Positions 10,458 to 19,931 are shown, counted from the first letter of the stretch. The stretch: DNA of 64,000 bases from Nitrosopumilus sp. (GCA_965207445.1 CBDBLX010000002.1:2391849-2455848); one strand, 5' to 3'. Made by a program: numbers and translations. The notes: generated by a model not told the origin, from the sequence alone.

Positions 10458-11626
10458 TACGCGTATGTCCGAGCCTTTGCGCCGTAGGAGTGGTTTGTTC
10501 CCGGCGGGTTCCAACTGTCTGAAACATTTGCGCGCGTAGTGCCGTAGGCGCTCTCAGACGAGCTGTCGCTCGGTATCTTGAACTGCGCTGTGATGTAGAC
10601 GTACTGGCTGAGGGCGCCAGACGAGTGGCTCGCCCGCACGGTCCCGTCGTAGTGTATCTTGCTGCTGGCGTGTGACGAACCACCGCGGATGTCGTGCCAG
10701 TCAGTCGAGGCAGGGAACGCTCTGTTCCAGCCGATGCCGTCGTCGCTGTCTTGAAAACGACATTTCGTCTGGTCATAGTGCGTGCAGGTGCTCCTGTCTG
10801 CCCACACTACCATGTAGGCGGTGTTGAGTTTTGCCACCCTCTCCAGAGCATAGGCGGAGGGGATTATGTCGTCGTCGCCGGTGGTATCCCGATCCATGTG
10901 CTCGTGGAGGTCAGCGATCTCCTCGGTGGTCAGCTCCCGGTTCATGGCCGCGCTTGCGCGCAGGTCGTCGGCATCGCAGTCATCCCAAAAGTGCTCGCAA
11001 GAGGCGTAGAACGCCTCATCGTGCCAGTACATCCGGTCCTGCATGTGCAGGTCGTACGGGACGTACCCGAAGTTGGCTCCCACGTTGGTCGCGTCATAGA
11101 GGGCCTCCGCATAGTGCATGTTATCGGCCGTGCCTATGATGCCCAGGAGCGCCGCGTATATCTCAACGGGATCCGAGGGAGGGTCGTGCTCTGTTATGTG
11201 CCAGTCGTGTACCAGTTTCTCGTTTGCAGTCGGGTCATATTCGCCTGACAGCCTGTCCATCTGTACCAGAAGGGCTACTGCCACTCCCGTTACGTCAGGG
11301 CCGTCGTGGTCGGTATTGAACCTGACCTCAAAGTCGTGCTGCAGTACGGCGATGTCGCGTGTGAGGGCGTTCATTCCTTCGTACTCGGCCGTCCTGTACC
11401 ACTCTATCCACTCGTCGTGGGACTCGGTACCTACGGCCGGGGGCGCATAAAATGTCGTTCCGGGTTCGTCGTCGTCCGAGACCATCACGATCTCCAGAGA
11501 CTCGCTATCGTTTATGATGTCGATCTGCTGCGTCTGTGTCTCTCCATCGCCCGGCGGCCACGCCACAAAGGCTGCCACCATGACGACCGCCAGCGCTACG
11601 ACAACTGTCGTCTTGGTTCTCGTCAT
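10457..11626 (-). CDS. GC-rich secreted or membrane-anchored hypothetical protein; last 7 codons displaced by IS630
   Basis: Signal-peptide-like N-terminus, acidic body, TATA-like TATATAA ~25 nt upstream; original tail YASATYN* at 8772-8795. Confidence 0.75.
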   Translation of the reverse strand: MTRTKTTVVVALAVVMVAAFVAWPPGDGETQTQQIDIINDSESLEIVMVSDDDEPGTTFYAPPAVGTESHDEWIEWYRTAEYEGMNALTRDIAVLQHDFEVRFNTDHDGPDVTGVAVALLVQMDRLSGEYDPTANEKLVHDWHITEHDPPSDPVEIYAALLGIIGTADNMHYAEALYDATNVGANFGYVPYDLHMQDRMYWHDEAFYASCEHFWDDCDADDLRASAAMNRELTTEEIADLHEHMDRDTTGDDDIIPSAYALERVAKLNTAYMVVWADRSTCTHYDQTKCRFQDSDDGIGWNRAFPASTDWHDIRGGSSHASSKIHYDGTVRASHSSGALSQYVYITAQFKIPSDSSSESAYGTTRANVSDSWNPPGTNHSYGAKARTYA

Positions 11627-11728
11627 TGTATAACCTCGTATACTGCGTTATATAGGGAGGTCTAACCGGATCCGGAGTGCCTTTGCGCAGGACGGGGTCC
11701 GGCACGGGACCGAGTCTCGACACTTCGT

Positions 11729-11782
11729 CAGTGGCGGCGGGTGTCAGGTACGTGGACGACCCTCAAGGCATCTGCCGCACTG
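11729..11782. mobile_element. 54-bp mini-element with ISH3-like CAGT ends
   Basis: CAGTGGCGGCGGGTGTC versus reverse complement of right end CAGTGCGGCAGATGCC. Confidence 0.4.
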
Positions 11783-11835
11783 CATAATCAAAAATAAGAT
11801 CATTAAAAATTGAGCACATTGCAAACTATTGATGT
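11770..11835 (+). repeat. 66-bp direct repeat, copy 1
   Basis: ATCTGCCGCACTGCATAATC...TGATGT; 64/66 identical to 13262-13327. Confidence 0.95.
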
Positions 11836-11988
11836 GTGTGTTCTGCATGTTGCACAAGCACAATGGACATGCCAAACACGAGCGTCAAGAGTGTCAACGC
11901 AGTGGGAATTAAGATCATTTTATTCATAAAATGAACAGAAAAAAATAGTATATTAACCGGTGGATCAAGACAGATGAATTAAAGCCCG

Positions 11989-12150
11989 TCAGCCCTGATC
12001 AAATGGCACATCCACAACGTCACGAAGAATAATCGCGGCGGTCATACACACTATTGACTTCAAAGTGAGATCTTCAGGGTTTGCCCCCTCTCTGCAGCGC
12101 TCGATGGTCCACATGTTATACATGAACAGCGAGGTGTAGAACAGTAGCGG
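11989..12150 (-). pseudogene. C-terminal fragment of an IS4-superfamily (ISH3-like) transposase
   Basis: Translates LLFYTSLFMYNMWTIER...DQG*, resembling the post-catalytic LF....YN.W helix; CAGT-starting end-like sequence at 11900. Confidence 0.5.
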
Positions 12151-12566
12151 GCTAGTCAGTCAAGGGCTAGTCAAATCAAAAGGATATAAGCTCAGGTTAA
12201 ATCGCTAGGCAAGGTTGGGACTTAACGCGTGCTTGCAATGCATGTGCAATACTACGACGCTGATCACGCCGCTTTTCAACTTTTTCATGTCCTCGGGGGA
12301 CTTTTCTGAAATTGCCATTGGACAACAGGCTGCAGATACAATAAAATGGGCATTCGCATGTGAGCGCGCCACGAGTCGGCCACTTTACAAACAAAAGGAG
12401 AAAACCAAAGGACTAATACCGCAAACGCCGACCATTTTGTTTTATGTCAGCCGTTTGGTTCCCAAAGGCGCGTTACAAAAGAACAAGGGTGTTAGTATAC
12501 GCGGTAGATGCAATCGCAAGTGTTTTTGCAGCCTCACAAAAAAAATCAGGGCCAGTATCCTCAAGG

Positions 12567-12908
12567 TCATGATCTTTGGATGCAGGCTATGCGCTCGTCG
12601 GCAATCTGAAATGCCAGTTTTTCCAGCGTCTTGGCCCGCTCTGAGTTTGGATTCAATCTGTACATTATGGCCCTGCCCACGTTTCGCGTCCTGAGCAAGA
12701 TGCCATCATCCTCCATGCTGTGAACTATACGCAGCACGGTCTTTACCCCGACGCCTGATGCGTTTGCAATGTCGGTAATAGAGTAATCAAATGCCTTCAT
12801 TATTATCATATGATCCAGCACGCGCGATTCTGAGCACGGAAGGACGCTTGCAAGCGGCCCCGAATCTTCCAACTGCTGCCCAGATACCCGTGTCGTGCCA
12901 CCCTTCAT
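12567..12908 (-). CDS. Winged-HTH transcriptional regulator
   Basis: YSITDIANASGVGVKTV...LLRTRNVGRAIMYRLN. Confidence 0.8.
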   Translation of the reverse strand: MKGGTTRVSGQQLEDSGPLASVLPCSESRVLDHMIIMKAFDYSITDIANASGVGVKTVLRIVHSMEDDGILLRTRNVGRAIMYRLNPNSERAKTLEKLAFQIADERIACIQRS

Positions 12909-12995
12909 ATATCATGATATGCAGTATATAATATAAAACTACACATCATATGGTAAAAAAATACCATATATACACAACCCCTAGATATAGAACAC

Positions 12996-13208
12996 ATGAA
13001 CAACGTAGTTGAAATCACGGTATTGTGGAAGATGTACACATACAGGTATGTGGGCAAAAAATACACGTCGTTGGACAACTTGCAAAAAGGATTCCCAATG
13101 CACGAGCGCGGCAACGTAACCAAAGCCGTAAAAAAACTGATTAAAAAGAACTACATAGTCATAAAATTATTCACAATGGATTATTTATGGATTCAATTGC
13201 CGGATTAA
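12996..13208 (+). CDS. Small archaeal wHTH-like hypothetical protein, possibly frameshifted at the 3' end
   Basis: VGKKYTSLDNLQKGFP.HERG.V.KAVKKLIK motif; an alternative frame continues YGFNCRINQK. Confidence 0.5.
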   Translation: MNNVVEITVLWKMYTYRYVGKKYTSLDNLQKGFPMHERGNVTKAVKKLIKKNYIVIKLFTMDYLWIQLPD

Positions 13209-13261
13209 TCAGAAGACTGCTTCGATGGGAATTGGAGCACGGTGATTCCTTGCCATTGTAA

Positions 13262-13327
13262 ATCTGCCGCACTGCATAATCAAAAATAAGATCATTAAAA
13301 ATTGAGCACATTGCGAACTACTGATGT
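13262..13327 (+). repeat. 66-bp direct repeat, copy 2
   Basis: Matches 11770-11835 with 2 substitutions. Confidence 0.95.
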
Positions 13328-13496
13328 ATATTCAAAAACGAAACGCACTATAGATAGATTTCAGTCTTCTGCAGATTAAATGTGCAATAAACCGAATAAG
13401 TTCACAGAAAGGTCACAGGCAGTCCTAATGTCAATTACGCACCAACCTCTCTCGCTCTATATTTCTTATATAACAGTCGGAACATGAGTTGAAGTA

Positions 13497-13985
13497 ATGC
13501 CCACGAAGGTCTATTTAGACACGTATGTGCTGCGCGGACTTGTTTCTAGTAAGAAGCCAGAGAGATCAGAGGCGCTGGGCGAGATCTCAAAGCTGGCAAA
13601 CGCTTCGTTTGAAACTGTAATGCCCCAGATCGTTTTAGGAGAAGCACTTGCCACAATCATAAGAGACTATTCAGATCCCAACGACGCCCATGCTACCATA
13701 AAACACCTTTATGATAAAATAATGCAAATACATGTACCCGATCGCGGCTTTCCTGTAATAACGATGAAAATCCTCGGAGAGGCAAAACTACTCAAGGACC
13801 GTGACGAACACCTTAGTGATACGGATGCAATAATAGTGGCACAATCCCTGCTGGATCCCGATTCACAAAGGCTGCTTACCGCAGACAGGAAGATGCTTGA
13901 CTCAGATGTGATCGTAGACGAAGAGAAGCACCTTAGGGATTCGGGCAGCCGTAGGGTACAGCTTAGGATCGTAGACGGATTATGA
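13497..13985 (+). CDS. PIN-domain (VapC-like) ribonuclease
   Basis: VYLDTYVL, VLGEAL, LSDTDAIIVA, LLTADRKM acidic PIN tetrad. Confidence 0.88.
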   Translation: MPTKVYLDTYVLRGLVSSKKPERSEALGEISKLANASFETVMPQIVLGEALATIIRDYSDPNDAHATIKHLYDKIMQIHVPDRGFPVITMKILGEAKLLKDRDEHLSDTDAIIVAQSLLDPDSQRLLTADRKMLDSDVIVDEEKHLRDSGSRRVQLRIVDGL

Positions 13986-14456
13986 GTCGATCATTCCATG
14001 TGCCTTGAGATCGGACAGAACGCCCCGGATGTAATCTCTCGAATAGTTGCACTTGATGCGCTCTACGTGACGTACGAGTCCCTCGTCGCCCCGGAATCTT
14101 GGATTCTGATCTATCAGTGTGGATGCCACCTCCAGCCAGCTTGAATCCCTGCCGCGCACCAGCCGCAGAAACCGCTTCTGTTCAAGTTCGCCTGCTAGCT
14201 GCTGTCTGGATTCGGTCGCAATCTTGGCCGGATCCTCGGCCAGTGCATAATAGTCATCTGCAAGCGAGGGGGAATATGGGCCGTATCGGTACAACGAATA
14301 ATTGTATCCGTGTTTCAACCCAAGATTTCCTGCCAAGTAGGTGTATTTTTGAATCCTCAGGCGGGTATCAAAGTCCAGGCCCTCGACGGTGACTTTCTCA
14401 AGGCCAAGTAATCCACGTTCTCCCAGAAATCTTATGAAGGAACCAAGCATTTCCAT
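13980..14456 (-). CDS. YwgA/SocA (DUF4065, Panacea-like) antitoxin-family protein
   Basis: RLRIQKYTYL...YNYSLYRYGPYSPSL...LEVASTL. Confidence 0.75.
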   Translation of the reverse strand: MEMLGSFIRFLGERGLLGLEKVTVEGLDFDTRLRIQKYTYLAGNLGLKHGYNYSLYRYGPYSPSLADDYYALAEDPAKIATESRQQLAGELEQKRFLRLVRGRDSSWLEVASTLIDQNPRFRGDEGLVRHVERIKCNYSRDYIRGVLSDLKAHGMIDS

Positions 14457-14806
14457 TAGGTATCATCAATACGCGTCAAATAATAAAAGTTATTTCTATT
14501 ATTCTTCCCAAATGACGTAAGCCAAGTCAAACCAATCACAAATTGCCCTGCGGCAAGGCCCGTCCGCTGTGTCACCTCTTTGATACAGGGTGGACGCGGC
14601 GTGACGTACGGGCGCTTGGACGCGCCCATACTTGCACTATATACATGACATCACAGAAGATGAATCTTGGGACATCTTTGCCTCTGGAATGAGGTTGGTG
14701 CGTAATTCGTAAAAAAATGTATGTAAGTTAATTATAGACAGCATGTCCATCTCGCAAACAATATCTCTTAAAATATTGCAACTATACATAATGATATATT
14801 ATAATA

Positions 14807-15805
14807 ATGTGCAGTGTTATATTATTTACAGTAATATCACAAATATTGTCAGAAAATAAAATACAGAGACTGGATCGTTACAAGGGATGTATGATTGGGC
14901 TCGCCACAGGTGATGCTTTGGGCGTAACTTTAGAGTTTAAAGATCCGGGCTCATTTGAGCCAATAAAGGATATCAAAGGTGGAGGTCCACACGGATTAAA
15001 ACCAGGACAATGGACAGATGACACATCCATGTCCTTGTGTTTAGCCACAAGCTTGGTCGAAAAGAACAAATTTGATCCTATTGATCAACTTGAACGATAT
15101 GTTCAATGGTACAAAAATGGATACATGAGTTGTACAGGAATGTGTTTTGACATTGGAGGTACAACGAAACAGGCGCTAGAAAAGTTTCAAGTGACACAAG
15201 AGCCATGCTGTGGTCCCACCGAATATGAAAAATCAGGAAACGGTTCCATAATGAGACTCGCACCCGTACCACTCTTCTTTGCAAATGATCCTATAACTGC
15301 AACAAACATGTCAGGTACAAGTTCACGTACAACACATGGAAGTATACAAGCAATTGATGCGTGCAGATATCTTGGTTCCATAATATCTGGAATCATATTA
15401 AATAAAACAAAAGAAGAAATCCTGTCACAAGAATACGAGCCCGCACCAAATTATTGGAAAGACAATCCACTTGTAAACCAAATTGATGAGATTAAAAGTG
15501 GATCATTTAAAAGATTGGAGCCACCAGAGATCAAGGGAAGTAGGTTTGTAGTAGAATCTTTAGAGGCAGCACTCTGGGCGTTTTACAAAAGTACGTCATT
15601 TCAGGAGGGGTGTCTGCTAGCAGTAAACTTGGGTTGTGATGCAGATACAACAGGTGCCGTATATGGCCAAATAGCAGGAGCATATTATGGCATAAATGAA
15701 ATACCTAAAACATGGTTAAACAAGATAGCACATATTAATATAATTGAATCGTTGGCAGAAAAAATATGTATCTTGGCGACGCATCATACATCTAATCAAC
15801 CTTGA
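14807..15805 (+). CDS. ADP-ribosylglycohydrolase (DraG/ARH family)
   Basis: GLATGDALG, WTDDT, GNGSIMR, TH, DADTTGAVYGQIAGA. Confidence 0.95.
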   Translation: MCSVILFTVISQILSENKIQRLDRYKGCMIGLATGDALGVTLEFKDPGSFEPIKDIKGGGPHGLKPGQWTDDTSMSLCLATSLVEKNKFDPIDQLERYVQWYKNGYMSCTGMCFDIGGTTKQALEKFQVTQEPCCGPTEYEKSGNGSIMRLAPVPLFFANDPITATNMSGTSSRTTHGSIQAIDACRYLGSIISGIILNKTKEEILSQEYEPAPNYWKDNPLVNQIDEIKSGSFKRLEPPEIKGSRFVVESLEAALWAFYKSTSFQEGCLLAVNLGCDADTTGAVYGQIAGAYYGINEIPKTWLNKIAHINIIESLAEKICILATHHTSNQP

Positions 15806-15917
15806 GAATACTAGAGATGATTTGAAAACAACACCATTATATAATCATTATATAATTATTAGATAAAAAGTACGCCCATTAATGAGTTAAATCTTTTAAT
15901 TTAACAAGTATCTTTAA

Positions 15918-17300
15918 TCACACATCATCCAAATAGTTTTCCAATCGAAATTTTTCAACTTTTGGAATCTTTGCAATCTCAAAGCCCTCAAGGCGTTTTG
16001 ATTCTGGCCGTGTAGCATCAACACCCATCTTTGCAGTCTTTAAGTTTTTTTGATCACTTGAGGGATCCAAACTAGAACCACGAACATTCTTAATTATAAC
16101 CAAATTTCGATCAGCTTGGAATCTTGTCGCCATTGCATACTCAACTGCTTCGGCACTATTGGGATCAATGTCCGTATCCACAACTATAACTTGCTTGAGA
16201 GAACGGTGAGATTCAAATGTCTTTTTGATTATATTTTGTGGATCAGTAGAGTGTCTTTTATCTATCTGAACAACAGCATGTAACCAGTTACAACCACCGT
16301 TTGTCATAGAAACTTTACGTACTTGTGGAAACACTGCTTTTAGCTCACCGTTGAGTTTTGATTCAATAGGCATTCCCATCAAGAGTCGATGCTCTGCATA
16401 CCCAGACAACACATCATGAAATAATGGAGAGTCACGGTAATAGAGATTTTCTAGTTCAAATACAGGTTGTTCACGTTTATGATCGTATGTCTGCAACATC
16501 TCAACCATCCACTCAGGATGTACAACATCTTGCAATATACGACCCTCAAGCACTATTTCAGTCTTTGATGGAATGTATAGTCCAGACCACCCTAGTTTCG
16601 CTAGTGTTAATTTCCCTCTTAGAATTGAGTTTGCAATATCCATCTCACTTTTCCCCCACTCTGCCTGATAGGCACCTGCAATCGATATTGCAGGATGAAC
16701 ACCGATTGTGATGGCCACCTTGAGATCTTCTTTACATTTTTTTGCAACCTCAAAGCACCGGTGTAAATGACGTCCCTCAACCATACGAACAGAACACTGC
16801 GTCTTACTTTTTGGAAGGGGCATAAGTCTATGAAATGACGAGTTTTGCTCACCTGTCTCAGGATTAATTGTATGTATAATAGAGGATGTAACAAATGGTC
16901 CCGATTCTTTTTCAAAATGTGTCACTATTGGAAGCTTTGATATGTCACGAGAGTGATTCGCCTCAAAGGCACCTGCCTGACGTGACACTTTTGGCTTTTT
17001 TGCCCTTGTAATTGCAGATAACATTCTGTTATGAATGTCATTTTCTGACTTTGCACCGATTGCTAGTGCAAACCTAGACCTAGTCCCAACTAGATTTGAT
17101 ATTACACGAAAGTCACCTTTTTTGACAATTTGCTCAAACAGTATTGCAGAACCATTGTCATTAGCCCATGCTGTAACGCCTGCAATCTCAAATTTAGTAG
17201 ACACGGGTTTTGTAATTGTGTGTAGTTCACCACGATTGCACAAGGCATCAATATACCCACGCAGGTCATCAATGATCGTCGTCTGTGTCTTTTTTGTCAT
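15918..17300 (-). CDS. UbiD-family decarboxylase (possibly anhydromevalonate phosphate decarboxylase)
   Basis: EIVLEG, VIVVDTDID, YAMATRFQA, GSSLDPS, KMGVDAT. Confidence 0.9.
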   Translation of the reverse strand: MTKKTQTTIIDDLRGYIDALCNRGELHTITKPVSTKFEIAGVTAWANDNGSAILFEQIVKKGDFRVISNLVGTRSRFALAIGAKSENDIHNRMLSAITRAKKPKVSRQAGAFEANHSRDISKLPIVTHFEKESGPFVTSSIIHTINPETGEQNSSFHRLMPLPKSKTQCSVRMVEGRHLHRCFEVAKKCKEDLKVAITIGVHPAISIAGAYQAEWGKSEMDIANSILRGKLTLAKLGWSGLYIPSKTEIVLEGRILQDVVHPEWMVEMLQTYDHKREQPVFELENLYYRDSPLFHDVLSGYAEHRLLMGMPIESKLNGELKAVFPQVRKVSMTNGGCNWLHAVVQIDKRHSTDPQNIIKKTFESHRSLKQVIVVDTDIDPNSAEAVEYAMATRFQADRNLVIIKNVRGSSLDPSSDQKNLKTAKMGVDATRPESKRLEGFEIAKIPKVEKFRLENYLDDV

Positions 17301-17658
17301 ATGTTATCATCTCCACTATTGCATCAAGTAAAACCTTTGACATTGGCATGTCTATCTCATTTTTTATATATATTGAAACTATCGCGATCCCACTTATACG
17401 TGTGCTAACTTGTTCAGCAGTCATTCTCATAAAAAATAAAGAGTTCTGATTAACAGGAGAAATGATCGTCGTAGTGATCGGTGGAGCTCCTGACTGAGAT
17501 ATCATAGAGACTATTAAAGATCCAATCTTAGCTTCTCCCTCATATATGGAAACAAACATTCCATTGCCAAATCTCTGTATGCGAATGAAAAAATACCGCC
17601 CACCGACACTCAATTCTTTGTGCAAAAACACACCATTACCGCCATCTAGACTATCCAT
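17269..17658 (-). CDS. Conserved hypothetical protein (possibly proteasome assembly chaperone 4-like)
   Basis: Clean ORF overlapping the ubiD start; family guess from memory only. Confidence 0.5.
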   Translation of the reverse strand: MDSLDGGNGVFLHKELSVGGRYFFIRIQRFGNGMFVSIYEGEAKIGSLIVSMISQSGAPPITTTIISPVNQNSLFFMRMTAEQVSTRISGIAIVSIYIKNEIDMPMSKVLLDAIVEMITYDKKDTDDDH

Positions 17659-17769
17659 TGGTAACTGCTATTCATACAGCTATTTATTATCAACAGGTAC
17701 ACTAGACACTTTATAGTTCATTGTATGTTATAATGGACATGTAAATATTTTGCCACGGTATACATACGA

Positions 17770-18546
17770 TTATTCGTCATTTTTTGTCTCTTTGGGTACA
17801 GTGGCTTTTGTAGTCTTGCTAGCTGTGGTCTTTTTTGGTGCTTTTTTCTCTTTGGTATCTCCAGTTTTGGTAGCTGTCTTTTTTGTAGTGGTTTTTGCAG
17901 TCTTGCTAGCTGTGGTCTTTTTTGGTGCTTTTTTCTCTTTGGTATCTCCAGTTTTGGTAGCTGTCTTTTTTGTAGTGGTTTTTGCAGTCTTGCTAGCTGT
18001 GGTCTTTTTTGGTGCTTTTTTCTCTTTGGTATCTCCAGTTTTGGTAGCTGTCTTTTTTGTAGTGGTTTTTGCAGTCTTGCTAGCTGTGGTCTTTTTTGGT
18101 GCTTTTTTCTCTTTGGTATCTCCAGTTTTGGTAGCTGTCTTTTTTGTAGTGGTTTTTGCAGTCTTGCTAGCTGTGGTCTTTTTTGGTGCTTTTTTCTCTT
18201 TGGTATCTCCAGTTTTGGTAGCTGTCTTTTTTGTAGTGGTTTTTGCAGTCTTGCTAGCTGTGGTCTTTTTTGTAGTAGATTTTGCAGTCTTGCTAGCTGT
18301 CTTTTTAGCTTCAGCAGCCAGTGCTCGTGCCTCTGCATTACTTGCTTCAACACGTGCACGTAGTTTTGCCTTGTACTTGAGATTCCTAGGTTTAGTACGC
18401 AATCTGTAACCACAGCATGGGCACCATAACCCTTCCCATTTTATAAATATCTCACATATCTGACATCGGCGTTGACCAGAGGCGTATCTGCCAATCCCCA
18501 CGGGCTTTTGAGCCTTGTATCGTGTGCAAATTCCCTTACAAGTCAT
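17770..18546 (-). CDS. Zn-finger protein with histone-H1-like Lys/Thr/Ala repeat tail
   Basis: MTCKGIC...RCQIC...CPCCG.RLRTKPR head, then 29-aa repeats. Confidence 0.85.
   Translation of the reverse strand: MTCKGICTRYKAQKPVGIGRYASGQRRCQICEIFIKWEGLWCPCCGYRLRTKPRNLKYKAKLRARVEASNAEARALAAEAKKTASKTAKSTTKKTTASKTAKTTTKKTATKTGDTKEKKAPKKTTASKTAKTTTKKTATKTGDTKEKKAPKKTTASKTAKTTTKKTATKTGDTKEKKAPKKTTASKTAKTTTKKTATKTGDTKEKKAPKKTTASKTAKTTTKKTATKTGDTKEKKAPKKTTASKTTKATVPKETKNDE
17813..18306. repeat. 87-bp perfect tandem repeat, 5 full units plus partials
   Basis: Units start at 17813, 17900, 17987, 18074, 18161, 18248; encode KKTTASKTAKTTTKKTATKTGDTKEKKAP on the minus strand. Confidence 0.97.
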
Positions 18547-18891
18547 GTTAGTGTTATCATTAAACATGTAGGGTATTTAAATATAAAGACAAAAAATACT
18601 TAAAAAAAGTAATATCATTTAAAAGATATTTAAATTTAAACCAACTTTTATTGAAAAAATAACAAAAAAACATCAAAACCTTAATAAATATCCATACTTT
18701 TTTTTAGATGTGAATTTTATAAATCGAATTTATTTACAATTCATTACTATAATTCCTGTAACACCAAACAAGTATACATTTTTCAAGATTGTATAAAATA
18801 ATGACGCGGTATTTTTCTACATCATAATGATCAGGTGCTTTACTATATAATCATCTCTAACAACAACATTAAAATTTTTAATGTACATTTT

Positions 18892-19605
18892 TTAACCTGT
18901 CAATGAAAGTGGCATAATCTCACGGTGACGTCCATCTCTGCGCGATATGTATCTTGCAGAGAGAATGTCACGTCTACTACGACAGTTAAAGTTCTTAATT
19001 TTGAGACTAGTTCTACTTTCATCTACAAGCTCCAACTCAAAAGGAGAGTAGAACCGCAAATGCAATGAATTTATTATCTTATTTGCTGTACGCATATCAC
19101 CATCACCAATCTTTACTAGTTTACGTTTGACAGACAAATTACCAAGAATGCTAATTATTTTAGATACCAGACTATCAACTGACGTGTGTATGGATGACTC
19201 TATCTCTTGACCACAATACACGACAGACAAACCGTTGCGCTGGCCTGGATCAATACCAACAACAAGACTGTCAGTTGATTTATAATATATATGATCAATT
19301 TTTTGTAACATCAAGCCGTATACAGCAGCGGCAGGACAATCTATTACATCTTCAAAAAATATTGCAGGTATATTAGAGTGAGATTCAAAGTATTCGGATT
19401 TAGTAGTAAGAACAACATGGCCAGTATATGTATCTATATCATCAGGTATAAGAGAGTCAAAATGCATGTCAATACGTCGTAATAAAGTTAAAAAATAATA
19501 GTATGGTTTACCATAACAAGTTGCAATTGCAATACGATAATTTTTTGGAAGCGGGGAATTTCTTGTGAAATGAGTAAACATTAGAGAATTTCCTCTACAG
19601 ATCAC
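18892..19605 (-). CDS. Hypothetical protein with RNase H-like (YqgF-like) C-terminal domain
   Basis: VVGIDPG..NGLSV, VKIGDG, LVDESRTS, DILSA motifs. Confidence 0.6.
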   Translation of the reverse strand: MICRGNSLMFTHFTRNSPLPKNYRIAIATCYGKPYYYFLTLLRRIDMHFDSLIPDDIDTYTGHVVLTTKSEYFESHSNIPAIFFEDVIDCPAAAVYGLMLQKIDHIYYKSTDSLVVGIDPGQRNGLSVVYCGQEIESSIHTSVDSLVSKIISILGNLSVKRKLVKIGDGDMRTANKIINSLHLRFYSPFELELVDESRTSLKIKNFNCRSRRDILSARYISRRDGRHREIMPLSLTG

Positions 19606-19931
19606 GGCTGCAATATTGTTAAGACTACATTCTCAACTGCACTATCAAAATTAGCATCTACAGATGATTTGATCTTAGATATCTTGACTTTGCCATCTTC
19701 GATTATCTCTTTAGATTCAGCCTCAGCTTTAATCTTCGATTCGTTGATTATAATCTCAGCTTCACTAGTTGCCATCTGACGCGTCTTTTCACTCAAAGAG
19801 TCTATCTGTGATTGTGTATTTATTGCAAGTTGTTTTTTTACATCACCTACTTTGGCATTCAAAGAATCGAGATCATCTTCTAATACATTTAATGATTTGA
19901 CAATTTCGGTAACCTTGGATTCGGACACCAT
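19602..19931 (-). CDS. Coiled-coil protein, A-type ATPase subunit H-like
   Basis: Helical E/K/A pattern ending NFDSAVENVV..IL. Confidence 0.55.
   Translation of the reverse strand: MVSESKVTEIVKSLNVLEDDLDSLNAKVGDVKKQLAINTQSQIDSLSEKTRQMATSEAEIIINESKIKAEAESKEIIEDGKVKISKIKSSVDANFDSAVENVVLTILQP

Noticed and set aside
10411..11723. Several overlapping ORFs around the secreted-protein gene
   Set aside because: Expected shadow ORFs in GC-rich DNA; no recognisable motifs
12170..12210. KGYKLRL peptide resembling a TnpB N-terminus
   Set aside because: Immediate stop and no RuvC or Zn-finger motifs nearby
17813..18306. Possible CRISPR array (also considered at 7391-7565 and 51407-51739)
   Set aside because: Units are contiguous with no unique spacers, lie in coding frames, and no cas genes are present
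17718..18413. Alternative-frame repeat ORFs (hydrophobic VVFAVLLA and KRPQLARLQ)
   Set aside because: Shadows of the 87-bp repeat; only the K/T/A frame joins the conserved Cys-rich head
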